From an uncultured Clostridia bacterium (GTDB lineage: Bacteria > Bacillota > Clostridia > Christensenellales > UBA1242): a stretch of 64,000 nucleotides of DNA. The stretch covers positions 12,957 to 76,956 of the forward strand of contig CANSRZ010000006.1 of assembly GCA_947649575.1 (NCBI GenBank), given 5' to 3'. Shown here in pieces: positions 30,460 through 39,825 of this stretch. Each line of letters opens with the position of its first letter. Position 1 is the first letter of the stretch. Both the position numbers and the translations under genes were made by a program. The notes below the pieces were generated by a model. It did no database searches. It worked only from the letters and a program-made list of their open reading frames with translations, and was not told where the DNA came from.

Positions 30460-30795
30460 ATGAATACAAAAGAATTTTTAGGCAAAGAGGTTAAAGTCAC
30501 TATGGATAGACCTCTTGGCGCAGAGCATCCTGAATATGGATATAAATATCCAGTTAATTATGGTTATATCAAAGGCGTCATCTCTGGCGATGGAGAAGAT
30601 CTTGATGCCTATGTGCTTGGAGAAAACAAACCACTTAAAACATTCAGCGGAGTTGTCAAAGCAATCATTCATAGAACAAATGACGATGATGACAAACTTG
30701 TTGTTATGGCAAAAGAAAAGAGTATGACTGATGAAGAAATTCGCGAGGCTACCAACTTTCAAGAACAATATTTTGAAAGCGAAATTTGGAGATAA
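30460..30795 (+). CDS. Short inorganic-pyrophosphatase-like protein
   Basis: YPxNYGYI...GDGEDLDAYVL and DDKLVV motifs resemble the family I PPase core, but the protein is only 111 aa. Confidence 0.55.
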   Translation: MNTKEFLGKEVKVTMDRPLGAEHPEYGYKYPVNYGYIKGVISGDGEDLDAYVLGENKPLKTFSGVVKAIIHRTNDDDDKLVVMAKEKSMTDEEIREATNFQEQYFESEIWR

Positions 30796-30947
30796 AAAAT
30801 ATAATCATTTGAACTATAATTTTTTCGCTGGTTGCTGCGCAAAGGCTTCAAAAATTTATAGTTAAAACAAAAATATAAATTAAAAGAAAATGTTTTGCGA
30901 TTTGAAAATAATGCATTATTAAAAATCGCAAAATTAGTTTTCTTTTG

Positions 30948-30974
30948 TTTACTTTTCTTTAAAAGAAAAGTAAA
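30948..30974. repeat. 27-bp palindrome, copy 3 (TTTACTTTTCTTT-A-AAAGAAAAGTAAA)
   Basis: Perfect 13-bp arms, ending 14 nt before the dnaJ ATG. Confidence 0.8.
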
Positions 30975-30987
30975 AGGGAAAAGGGAA

Positions 30988-32115
30988 ATGGCAAATAAAG
31001 ATTATTATCAAATACTCGGGGTTGAGAAAGGGGCAAGCGAAGACGAAATTAAATCGGCTTATCGTAGACTTGCAAAAAAATATCACCCTGATATAAATAA
31101 AACGCCTGAGGCAGAGGTTAAGTTTAAAGAAATCAACGAGGCTTATGAGGTTTTAGGCGATAGCAAAAAACGTGCAAACTATGACCAGTTTGGCTCAGCT
31201 GACGGCAATCCTTTTGGTGCTGGTGGTGGCCAAGGTGGCGGATTTGGCGATTTCTTTGGCGGTGGCGGAGGATTTTCTGATATATTCTCCGACATCTTTT
31301 CTGCTTTTGGCGGTGGCGGGAATGCGCGAGTTCAAGAACGCGGTCAGGATATCAATATAGAGATTAATCTTCAATTTAATGAGGCTGTTTTTGGCTGTGA
31401 AAAACTTGTCACTATTGCTAAGCAAGAAAAATGCTCAGTTTGCCACGGAACAGGTGCTAAAAACGGAACTGAGTTTTCAACTTGCCCTGATTGCCATGGC
31501 AGCGGAAGAGTTCGCTTTCAACAAAATACAGTTTTTGGCACAACTATTCGTGAGGGCGTTTGTCAAAAATGCTCAGGCACTGGCAAAATAGTTAAAGAAA
31601 AATGCGCGTCTTGTTCAGGTCGAGGCGTTCAAAAAATTAACAGAACTGTTAAGGTTAAAGTTCCTGCAGGCATTGACAACGACCAAGTGCTTAGGCTTCG
31701 TGGTGAGGGAAATGCGCCAATGCGCGACGGCATAAATGGTGACCTTAACGTAAGGATAAGCATTGCGCCGCATAAAGTGCTTGTTCGCAAAGGAATTGAT
31801 ATTTATTTAGACCTTTATGTGCCGTTTACTATGGCGTTGCTTGGAGGAAAGATTGACATTCCAACACTGAAAGGCAATTATACTCTTACAATTCCAGAAC
31901 TGACTGCAAGCGGAACAGTTATGAGGCTGAAAAATCGCGGAGTCAAGGCGCTTCAAAAAGATTTCTATGGTGACATGCTTGTAACAATCAAGGCAGAGCC
32001 ACCTAAAAAATTGGATAAAGACAGCAAAAAATTACTTGAACAAATTGCAGATAAATTGGGGAATAATTACAAAAAATACAATGAATTTTTGGAAAAAACC
32101 GAAGATTTGAAATAA
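30988..32115 (+). CDS. dnaJ: Co-chaperone DnaJ
   Basis: J domain (DYYQILGV...HPD), G/F region and four CxxCxGxG zinc-finger repeats. The ATG at 30988 gives the canonical MANKDYY start. Confidence 0.95.
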   Translation: MANKDYYQILGVEKGASEDEIKSAYRRLAKKYHPDINKTPEAEVKFKEINEAYEVLGDSKKRANYDQFGSADGNPFGAGGGQGGGFGDFFGGGGGFSDIFSDIFSAFGGGGNARVQERGQDINIEINLQFNEAVFGCEKLVTIAKQEKCSVCHGTGAKNGTEFSTCPDCHGSGRVRFQQNTVFGTTIREGVCQKCSGTGKIVKEKCASCSGRGVQKINRTVKVKVPAGIDNDQVLRLRGEGNAPMRDGINGDLNVRISIAPHKVLVRKGIDIYLDLYVPFTMALLGGKIDIPTLKGNYTLTIPELTASGTVMRLKNRGVKALQKDFYGDMLVTIKAEPPKKLDKDSKKLLEQIADKLGNNYKKYNEFLEKTEDLK

Positions 32116-32227
32116 AAATCGTGGCAAAATGCCACTTTTTTTGTTAAAAATAAACTCTTCAAAAAATTGGGTATTGACATATTGCCTTTTTTTTGATAAA
32201 ATACATAATATACTTGTAGGAGGGACT

Positions 32228-33022
32228 ATGTCTAATTATCGTAAATTTGACGGAAATGTTTTAAATCCGCCTCATAAAAAACTTAGATGGTTTAACAGAA
32301 ATTTGTACTATATTTCAACAATTGCTATTGTTGCGCTTCTGTGTGTTTGCCATTTTCTTTTTAAATCACAACTTGAAGCCATTGTTGAAAGCAATTTACA
32401 ATGGAATGTATTGCTTATGCCTCTTATTCATAAAAATATAGGCAATCTGATTGGCAATATTATCTTCTTTGTTATTCTTTCTATTTTTTTGGAGCGCCAC
32501 TTTGGTTCATTTAAATATATTTTCTTGACAGCATTCAGTTTTCCGTTATCTTCAATAGCAATTTATGCTTTCAACGGATCTTGGACTGGAACAGGCTTTA
32601 CTGGCGTTGATTATTTTATGCTTGCTTTGCTTGTTGTTGTGATTTTGTATAACTTTAAAGGTTATATTTGGGGCAAATGCCGTTGGATATTTCCGATAAT
32701 TATTCTTGCATTATGTTGCCTCTGCGCTTGCTGGAATGGTTCAGCAAATTGGCCTGAAGTTAATATTGGCTTTGGCTTCTTCTCAAATCTTTTCAAAAAT
32801 TGGGAGCCTTGTGCTATGGGTGGTCTTGTTGGACTCTTTACTATATTTGCAACTTTTGTTGGAAAAGGCAAACAAAAGAAAGGCGTGATTGAAGAAACAA
32901 AAAAAAGTAAAAGCGAAAAGAAAGCAGATAAAAAAATTGAAAAAGCTCAAAAAAAAATTGAAGAAAAAAAACCTTTCTTAAAAAGTAGTAAACTTGTTGC
33001 TCCGCATATGAAAAGAAAATAA
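32228..33022 (+). CDS. Polytopic membrane protein, possibly a degenerate rhomboid-like protein, with a K-rich tail
   Basis: GGAGGG RBS before ATG 32228 and about 6 TM segments. LERHFG resembles the rhomboid ER motif, but no clear GxSG is present. Confidence 0.45.
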   Translation: MSNYRKFDGNVLNPPHKKLRWFNRNLYYISTIAIVALLCVCHFLFKSQLEAIVESNLQWNVLLMPLIHKNIGNLIGNIIFFVILSIFLERHFGSFKYIFLTAFSFPLSSIAIYAFNGSWTGTGFTGVDYFMLALLVVVILYNFKGYIWGKCRWIFPIIILALCCLCACWNGSANWPEVNIGFGFFSNLFKNWEPCAMGGLVGLFTIFATFVGKGKQKKGVIEETKKSKSEKKADKKIEKAQKKIEEKKPFLKSSKLVAPHMKRK

Positions 33023-33034
33023 AAAACAAATCTA

Positions 33035-33066
33035 AACATTGAAGTTAACTTCAATGTTTTTTATTT
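33035..33066 (+). terminator. Intrinsic terminator
   Basis: AACATTGAAG-TTAA-CTTCAATGTT followed by a T-run. Confidence 0.7.
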
Positions 33067-33282
33067 TTAAAAATATACATTATAAGCAAGTTTTGCTACT
33101 ATTTTATAATTTATCATAAACTGCAGCCATTTTGCCCCTCCCGCTGTCAAGCAGAATGAAATTTGAAAAATCTTTACGATTTGCTTGACGGCCCCCTCGT
33201 GTCAAAAATCCATAAATAACCTGCGAAGCCTTGCTTTGTTCCCGTGTCAACTGAAAATAATTTAACTTTGTTTAAGAATTAG

Positions 33283-33311
33283 TTGACACGGGGGGGGGGA
33301 TTTGCTACAAT
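33283..33311 (+). promoter_or_regulatory. Sigma-A-type promoter P1 (TTGACA-17-TACAAT) with a G10 tract inside the spacer
   Basis: TTGACA at 33283-33288; a 17-nt spacer containing G10 at 33290-33299; TACAAT at 33306-33311. Confidence 0.6.
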
Positions 33312-33375
33312 AGTTTTGAAAGTAAAGATGTTAATCTTTAACATACTCTAAAAATGAGTAAATTGTTCTAAATAT

Positions 33376-33404
33376 TTGACTTTGTCTAAATAAAAATGTA
33401 CAAT
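33376..33404 (+). promoter_or_regulatory. Second consensus-like promoter P2 (TTGACT-17-TACAAT)
   Basis: TTGACT at 33376-33381 and TACAAT at 33399-33404, 32 nt upstream of the ATG at 33437. Confidence 0.55.
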
Positions 33405-33436
33405 TTGTTTATAGTAAACTTAGGAGGAAGAGGATA

Positions 33437-35683
33437 ATGAAAAGTTTATCAAAAGCGAACAAAATTATTGTAAGCATGATTTCTGCCTTTTGTGCCATAG
33501 CTCTTGTCGTTGGCCTTACTTTTTGCTTTGTAAACCTCACTCCAAAAAAGGAAGAAAACATTCAAACCTCCCAAGCAAAAACTCAACCCGACAACACCAG
33601 TTATTATTGGGATGAAGCCCATGACGCAGGACTAGTTAAACTAAATTTCAACTGGAAAGGGTCTGGTACCTCAAGTGATCCATGGTTAATTTCTAATGCA
33701 GAAGATTTGGCAGGCTTGAGTTATGTGATTTATAAAAATACTGACGAAACAAATTCATATTATGAGTATGGGGAAAATTACTATTACTCTGAAAAATATT
33801 TTAAACAAACATGCAATATTGATGTTTCAAGATTTTGGTGGCAACCAATAGGAATAAAAACTGATCGGAATTGGGAAGATGAAAATAGATTTTTTGCAGC
33901 TAACTATAATGGTGATGGGCATCATGTGTCAGGAATTTTTACAAAAACATATGATTATCAAGGCTTGTTTGGGAAAATTAGTGTTCCATATGAAAAATCT
34001 CGTGTTATTATAAAAAATCTTGCAATTATAAATTCTGTTATCCAAGGTTACAAGTATGTGGGTGCTATCGCGGGTGACGCAGGTGATTATTCACGCAAAT
34101 CAGTAGAAATTTTAAATTGTTATAATACATCAAATATAACAGGAAGTTATTCAGCTGGTGGTATTGTAGGGGCTATAGGTGACGGAATTATGCAATTTTG
34201 TTATAACACGGGCCATGTAGAAGGTAGTGTGTTAGCTGGAGGCATAGCATATTCTATCGGGTATTATTCTAGCGTAAAAGATTGTTTTAATGTTGCTAAC
34301 GTTATTGGGAAATCTGCTGGCGGAATTTGTATGGAGGGTGGTAGTTATGTTACAAATTGTTATTATGGTGGCGAATGTACATTAAAAAATGGAGTTTTAA
34401 ATGGTACTGATTATTGTACATTTATATCGAATTTAAACACTACTGAATATGCAAAAAATTATGGGTGGTTTAATACAGGTGGCGGAGCTATTTGGAGCGG
34501 AATGGGGACATGGGATTTCTATAATGGTGTTTGGCAAATGAATGCTAAATTGAATGACGGATATCCTATATTTAAAAATCAGTACTTGCTTACTTTGAAA
34601 ATAGATCCAAATGGTGGTAGCTATGAAGGCAGCTCAAAAGAAACAAGCGTTATTAAAACTATTGGAGAAACTTTGTATTTAACAAATCCAATACGCGATG
34701 GATATAAGTTTGATGGCTGGTCGTTGAATGGAGGAGGAACTTTAAGTGGCAGTACCTACACTTTTGGTGACAGCAATGGGACGCTGGTGGCAAAATGGGT
34801 GCTCCCAACATGGATTGATTTTGCGGCAAGGTCTTTTGGTGGAGGAACGGGCTCACAGAGCAATCCATATAAGATTGCTTCGGCTGAGCAGTTGGCTAAA
34901 CTTGCTAAAGACGTTAACAACAGTGTTGAATATTCGGGCGTTTATTTTGAACAAACTGCAAATATTGATTTGGGGGATTACAATTGGATTCCGATTGGTG
35001 ATAATCCCAATTATGCTTTTAAAGGTATTTACAATGGTGCATTTTATTCTATAAATAATATAAATTCTGTTGAGATAGGCAGCAACGACAAAAGTGGTGG
35101 ACTTTTTGGATATGTTAATAATGCCAAACTTATGAATATTATTATGGTAGACGGCAGTGTTGAAGGTGGCAGAGATACAGGCGCTATTTGTGGCGAAAAT
35201 GACGGAGATTCATCGATCAAAAACTGTATTGTGGAAAATATTAGCATATCGATGAAATACGGTAACGCAAGTGTTGGCGGAATTGTTGGCAGATTTACTG
35301 GCGGGACAGTTGAAAGTTGTATTGTTAAAAATTGCGTTATAAGCTCTGGCGGAACTGTTGGCGGAATTTGTGGTTGGCGTAGCACAATCAAAGATTGCGC
35401 TGTTATAAATTGTATTATCAACAAAGGTTGGAGCAACACTTGTGATACTGCTCTTGGTTGGGGAGAAAATTCAACTACTGTTTCAAGTTTTGCAGTGGCA
35501 ACTTGTGACGGGACTGCTAAGAAGATAATGTATGGCAACACATCTGCTTGGGGGAATTGGGGTTTGGCACCTAGCGTAAACAATGACTATCCTATACAAA
35601 ACTCGTTGTTTGCCCTTGGCGGTTTCTCAACCTCACAAGAGGTTTATAACAAATTGATTGCATTGGGGTTTATATGCAATTAA
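33437..35683 (+). CDS. Secreted/surface protein with repeated GLUG-like glycine motifs
   Basis: N-terminal signal/anchor; recurring GGIVG, GGIAY, GGICME, GGLFGY and VGGIVGR motifs in two repeat blocks; TAGGAGG RBS. Confidence 0.65.
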   Translation: MKSLSKANKIIVSMISAFCAIALVVGLTFCFVNLTPKKEENIQTSQAKTQPDNTSYYWDEAHDAGLVKLNFNWKGSGTSSDPWLISNAEDLAGLSYVIYKNTDETNSYYEYGENYYYSEKYFKQTCNIDVSRFWWQPIGIKTDRNWEDENRFFAANYNGDGHHVSGIFTKTYDYQGLFGKISVPYEKSRVIIKNLAIINSVIQGYKYVGAIAGDAGDYSRKSVEILNCYNTSNITGSYSAGGIVGAIGDGIMQFCYNTGHVEGSVLAGGIAYSIGYYSSVKDCFNVANVIGKSAGGICMEGGSYVTNCYYGGECTLKNGVLNGTDYCTFISNLNTTEYAKNYGWFNTGGGAIWSGMGTWDFYNGVWQMNAKLNDGYPIFKNQYLLTLKIDPNGGSYEGSSKETSVIKTIGETLYLTNPIRDGYKFDGWSLNGGGTLSGSTYTFGDSNGTLVAKWVLPTWIDFAARSFGGGTGSQSNPYKIASAEQLAKLAKDVNNSVEYSGVYFEQTANIDLGDYNWIPIGDNPNYAFKGIYNGAFYSINNINSVEIGSNDKSGGLFGYVNNAKLMNIIMVDGSVEGGRDTGAICGENDGDSSIKNCIVENISISMKYGNASVGGIVGRFTGGTVESCIVKNCVISSGGTVGGICGWRSTIKDCAVINCIINKGWSNTCDTALGWGENSTTVSSFAVATCDGTAKKIMYGNTSAWGNWGLAPSVNNDYPIQNSLFALGGFSTSQEVYNKLIALGFICN

Positions 35684-35718
35684 AAAAGCATTCATTTAAC
35701 TGAATGCTTTTTTTGATT

Positions 35719-36471
35719 TTAATCATTATCTTTTTTTGCTATTGCTTTATACTTTTTGTAGGTTTTGTGTTTTGCCCAGTTGCCAAAGTTGCAAAGTTTG
35801 ACAGTGAAATATATTGGCACCATTATTACAAGCGAAGCAACAAAATCCATGACAAAATGTTGTTTTAGAAATACTGTTGCAAGAATAATCAAAATGCCCA
35901 TAATTATTGCAAAAATTTTGAAAAATATATTCATCTTTTTACCAGAGGACAAGCAAGCAATTATCGTGGCTATCGCCATAAAGCAATGCTGACTTGGGAA
36001 GCAACAAGTTGGATTACAAGAGCCCCATGTCCAAAGCAGGAACTTTTCTGTGAAACTATTAGCTTCAAGCACAGGCTTTATCATCTCTGTTTGCCAGAAG
36101 AAATATATAATCCCAGAAATAGCATAACTTATGACCAGTGTGAGAAAAAGATTGAATAATGCTTTTTTGTTTGAATATGCCATATAGAAGAATGCAACAA
36201 TTCCGACAGGGAAAGTTAAAAAATATGGATAAACAAACCAAGGGACAAGTGGAATTTTTGTATCAAGCGGTATTTCTGGATAATTAGTGCCAGGCTTGTT
36301 TAAAAGCTGATTGCAATACCAAGATAAAAATATCATAAAACCATATATTAAAAAAGGAATAATGGCATAAAGAATGCTTTGCCAAAAATTCTTTTTATGA
36401 TTTTTATATCTATAAACATTATCTGTTTTTATTGTTTTTTCTGTTTGCGAATCAAGTTTTATCTTAGCCAT
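35719..36471 (-). CDS. PAP2-superfamily membrane phosphatase/phosphotransferase
   Basis: FPSQH and HFVMD (SxH / HxxxD) PAP2 motifs in a polytopic protein. Confidence 0.65.
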   Translation of the reverse strand: MAKIKLDSQTEKTIKTDNVYRYKNHKKNFWQSILYAIIPFLIYGFMIFLSWYCNQLLNKPGTNYPEIPLDTKIPLVPWFVYPYFLTFPVGIVAFFYMAYSNKKALFNLFLTLVISYAISGIIYFFWQTEMIKPVLEANSFTEKFLLWTWGSCNPTCCFPSQHCFMAIATIIACLSSGKKMNIFFKIFAIIMGILIILATVFLKQHFVMDFVASLVIMVPIYFTVKLCNFGNWAKHKTYKKYKAIAKKDND

Positions 36472-36628
36472 TGTTCCTTCTAAACAAATTATACAATTTT
36501 ATTATACATAAAATAGAAATATTTACAAAACATTTGAGTAAAAATTAAACTATTTTTGCAAATTTGCTTGTTTTATTGACTTTATCGCAATAAATTGTTA
36601 GAATTATTTTTGAACTGAGGAGAAATTT

Positions 36629-37225
36629 ATGAATTATTTGGATTATAAAGAAGAGTTTTTGAACATTATATATGATAATATTGACCGAGATGGGGCAGAC
36701 AGTTTAATTGAGTGGCTAGAAAAGTCTGACTTTTTTACAGCGCCAGGAAGTTTAAGGCGTCATAATGTTTTTGAGGGCGGATTATGTTTGCATTCTATCA
36801 ATGTGTATAAACGTCTGTTACAACTTGTTCAGCAAGAATATGGAAAGGATTGGGAAAAATATATCAGTCATGAAAGTGTTGCAATAATTGGTTTATTCCA
36901 TGACCTTTGCAAGGTTGATAGTTATAAGCCAGATGTAAAAAATGTTAAGCGAGATGGAGTCTGGGTACAAGAGCCTTATTATCGATTTGATGAGGCTTTG
37001 CCATATGGTCATGGCGAGAAATCGGTATATATTTTGTCTGCATTTATCAGATTGACTCGTGAAGAAGCGCTTGCAATTAACTGGCATATGGGGGAATATG
37101 ATGCAAGAGTTAAAGGCGGAAATTTTGCAGTTTCTAATGTATTTTCAAAATATAAAAATGTGTTTTTGGCACATTGCGCAGACCTGATGGCAGCATATTT
37201 GGATGATGTACACTATGAAAATTGA
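36629..37225 (+). CDS. HD-domain phosphohydrolase
   Basis: H...GLFHDLCK HD signature. Confidence 0.6.
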   Translation: MNYLDYKEEFLNIIYDNIDRDGADSLIEWLEKSDFFTAPGSLRRHNVFEGGLCLHSINVYKRLLQLVQQEYGKDWEKYISHESVAIIGLFHDLCKVDSYKPDVKNVKRDGVWVQEPYYRFDEALPYGHGEKSVYILSAFIRLTREEALAINWHMGEYDARVKGGNFAVSNVFSKYKNVFLAHCADLMAAYLDDVHYEN

Positions 37226-37343
37226 GTTTTTTTGCAAAAAATCGCTTAAAATTGGGCATTTTAGGCAAAATTTTTAAAAATCACTATTGACAATTGAAAG
37301 AATCCGTAGTATAATATAGACATAACATAAGGAGGGTTAAATT

Positions 37344-38357
37344 ATGGCTAAAGCAACGTTAAGCAATAATGCTAAAACACCTGCAACTATTAAAGGTGAT
37401 GCTAAAGCATTTTTTAAGAATCATAAAAAAGTTTCAATAGGAGTGGGCGCTACATTGTTAGCGGTTTTGGTTGGTGTGTTTGTTTGGATTGGTGTTAAAA
37501 CTCATCAAAAGAACAAGGCTGATGAAAATATCGGCAAACTCGGCGATCAAATTACAGAGATTGGTGGAGAAAACGACAAACTTAAAGATGAGAATGGCGG
37601 TCTTAAAGATCAAGTTGACAATCTTCAACAAGACATCAAAGATAAAGATGATATTATAAACAGTCTTCAAAACAAACAAGAGGTTGTTATTAATGGCTCT
37701 CCTGAAGAACTGCAAGCTCAATTTGGTGATTATATGCAGGGCAAAGGTGGCAGACTTCAATCTTTTCACAGTTTTAGATGTGATGGAAATGATTTGACAT
37801 TGTTCTTTAATGGCAAGGCTGCAAATGGTAAAACAGACACAGTGGTTGCATTTTCTATGAAAGCTGAGGCTAAAAGTTTTGAGACAAAAGAAGTTTTGGC
37901 TTGGCTCAAAAATCAAGCTCAGTCAGAAAACGAAAAAGATCATCCACAAGTTTCAGTATTTACATCTGCTCAGGATCTTGGAATTAAGTCTGAAACTATG
38001 AATGCAATGCTTAATCAACTTTCTGAAAAGAAAATTCAACTTGCGCAAAAGGATTTAAATGCAAACATCAGTATTGATGGAGGAAATCCAACTGTAACCG
38101 TTGCTGATGTTGATAAAGGCAAAACTTTGTTTGCTGTTGAAAAATCAGAAATGCCTGACAGTAAAGGCAACTATAAAGTTTCTGTTAAGGGCTTAAGTGT
38201 TGGCGCTGATGGTAAATATGTTATTGACGAAGTTGGTGAACAACTTTCAGTTGACGCATATGCTGAGCATAACGATATCGTAACTGCTGCTGTTAAGAAA
38301 TATTGTGAAAAATATGGCGTAGTTGAGCAAGTTTCAGAAGAGGGACTTGAAGCGTAA
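37344..38357 (+). CDS. Membrane-anchored hypothetical protein with a short coiled coil
   Basis: AAGGAGG RBS, a single TM segment, and an LKDENGGLKDQVDNLQQDIKDKDD heptad region. Confidence 0.55.
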   Translation: MAKATLSNNAKTPATIKGDAKAFFKNHKKVSIGVGATLLAVLVGVFVWIGVKTHQKNKADENIGKLGDQITEIGGENDKLKDENGGLKDQVDNLQQDIKDKDDIINSLQNKQEVVINGSPEELQAQFGDYMQGKGGRLQSFHSFRCDGNDLTLFFNGKAANGKTDTVVAFSMKAEAKSFETKEVLAWLKNQAQSENEKDHPQVSVFTSAQDLGIKSETMNAMLNQLSEKKIQLAQKDLNANISIDGGNPTVTVADVDKGKTLFAVEKSEMPDSKGNYKVSVKGLSVGADGKYVIDEVGEQLSVDAYAEHNDIVTAAVKKYCEKYGVVEQVSEEGLEA

Positions 38358-38460
38358 GCAAAATATTAAAAGACTGCTGTTTGGCAGTCTTTTTTGTTTG
38401 ATAATATGCATATTTAGAAAAAACAAAACCTTACAGCAATTATGCTGTAAGGTTTTTGCA

Positions 38461-38506
38461 TGGTGGAGAATAACGGATTCGAACCGTTGACCTCCTGCTT
38501 GCAAGG
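38461..38506 (-). repeat. attL: displaced 3' 46 nt of tRNA-Ala(UGC)
   Basis: Identical to 50684-50729. The original downstream terminator hairpin is retained at about 38427-38452. Confidence 0.9.
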
Positions 38507-38641
38507 AATAACCACAAAGGCTACAAGCCTTTAAAATAAAGAAGAATACGCTTCGGCAATGGGTGTTTCCCAATATTTTCCCAATAATTAAAAAAAAGAC
38601 TAAGCATTTTGCCTAGTCTTTTCATTTTTAATCTCCTTTAA

Positions 38642-38962
38642 CTATAATTCTAGCGAAACTGCTAATGCTTTATCGACTTCTTGCATTTTTGATTTTGGCA
38701 ACTTACAAACATAATTCCGTAATCGTCTTTTATCTATTGTTTTTAACTGCTCTGTAAGTATTAATGACGGCTTATCAAGTTTTACATAAATATGTGTTGG
38801 CAAAAATGGCTTTGTCATTTTACTTGTTATTGCAGCTACTATAACTGTTGGTGAATACTTATTGCCTACATCGTTTTGAATAATCAATACTGGCCTTAAA
38901 CCGCCTTGTTCACTACCAACAACATTTTCTAACTCTGCATAATAAATTTGTCCTCTTAGCAT
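38642..38962 (-). CDS. mazF: MazF/PemK-family endoribonuclease toxin
   Basis: RGQIYYAEL...[34 protein letters not shown] closely follows the MazF/EndoA signature. The start lies 2 nt after the upstream stop. Confidence 0.85.
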   Translation of the reverse strand: MLRGQIYYAELENVVGSEQGGLRPVLIIQNDVGNKYSPTVIVAAITSKMTKPFLPTHIYVKLDKPSLILTEQLKTIDKRRLRNYVCKLPKSKMQEVDKALAVSLEL

Positions 38963-38964
38963 AT

Positions 38965-39816
38965 TTACTCCAAAAAATTTAAAGTATTTTTATCTTTACC
39001 TTTCTCTCCATAAAGCCACCAATTAAAAACTTCTTCGCCAGTTTTCCAAGTGCATTTGTCTTTATTTGGCATTTGCTCTAACATTTTATTGAAAGTTGCA
39101 ATATAGGCTTTTTTAAAACCTGGCCATCTTTCAAATTCTTTTTCTCTTTGATGTGTTGGAGCCATAGGACAACCAATACAACCAATTCTTGTGAAATTTT
39201 CATCATAAAGACAACAATAAGAAAGATTTTGTTTTTTAATAAACTCCCATATATCTTGTTCAGTCCAATCAATAATAGGATTTACAACAAATTTTCCTTT
39301 AAGTTGGCAAACTTCAAAAAACTTTCTTTCTTTTTCATTATCATTAAAAAGCATTTTTTCTTTACCTCTTGCAAATCTTTCAAAAGGCTTACGATTGTTT
39401 TTTCTTCGAGTGCTTTCAGCCCAACGAACACCAGTCAAACAATAACGACCTTGACCACCACGCTCTTTTAATTCAGAGCAACAAAATCTAATCAATCTTG
39501 TTGGTGGTAAATGTTTTTCAATAATTAACTGAAACATAGATTTTTCAAAATTATGCCAAATCAAATTCGGGTAATTATCTTTCATAAACTTTATTACTTC
39601 AGGTGGGTCTATTCCAGTAATATTATAATGTAATTCATAAGGAATTTTTGCAAGTCTACATAATTCAGCAACAACTATACTATCTTTACCACCGCTAAAA
39701 GCAACATATAATGCTCCTAAATCTCTACTTTTACTTTGTTCATAAGCAAACTTAATTCTGTCTATTGCTGTATCAATTTTATTATTTTCCCCAAAGAATG
39801 TATTTTCAATTAACAT
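38965..39816 (-). CDS. PP-loop ATP-pyrophosphatase, PAPS-reductase/DndC-like
   Basis: SGGKDS PP-loop and a C-terminal Cys cluster (CCLYD...CIGCP). Confidence 0.75.
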   Translation of the reverse strand: MLIENTFFGENNKIDTAIDRIKFAYEQSKSRDLGALYVAFSGGKDSIVVAELCRLAKIPYELHYNITGIDPPEVIKFMKDNYPNLIWHNFEKSMFQLIIEKHLPPTRLIRFCCSELKERGGQGRYCLTGVRWAESTRRKNNRKPFERFARGKEKMLFNDNEKERKFFEVCQLKGKFVVNPIIDWTEQDIWEFIKKQNLSYCCLYDENFTRIGCIGCPMAPTHQREKEFERWPGFKKAYIATFNKMLEQMPNKDKCTWKTGEEVFNWWLYGEKGKDKNTLNFLE

Positions 39817-39825
39817 AAAACACCT

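Noticed and set aside
30895-30987. Upstream TTG start for dnaJ (track ORF 30895).
   Set aside because: The extension would be translated through the 27-bp palindrome. The canonical J-domain start [12 protein letters not shown] begins at ATG 30988, which has an upstream purine-rich RBS.
38334-38573. 79-aa minus-strand ORF crossing attL.
   Set aside because: It runs through the tRNA-derived repeat and a terminator hairpin and has no RBS, so it is spurious.
38507-38641. Search for a MazE-type antitoxin ORF near mazF.
   Set aside because: Only 2 nt separate mazF from the upstream PP-loop gene. Downstream there are only a terminator and attL, and no small ORF with an RBS was found.
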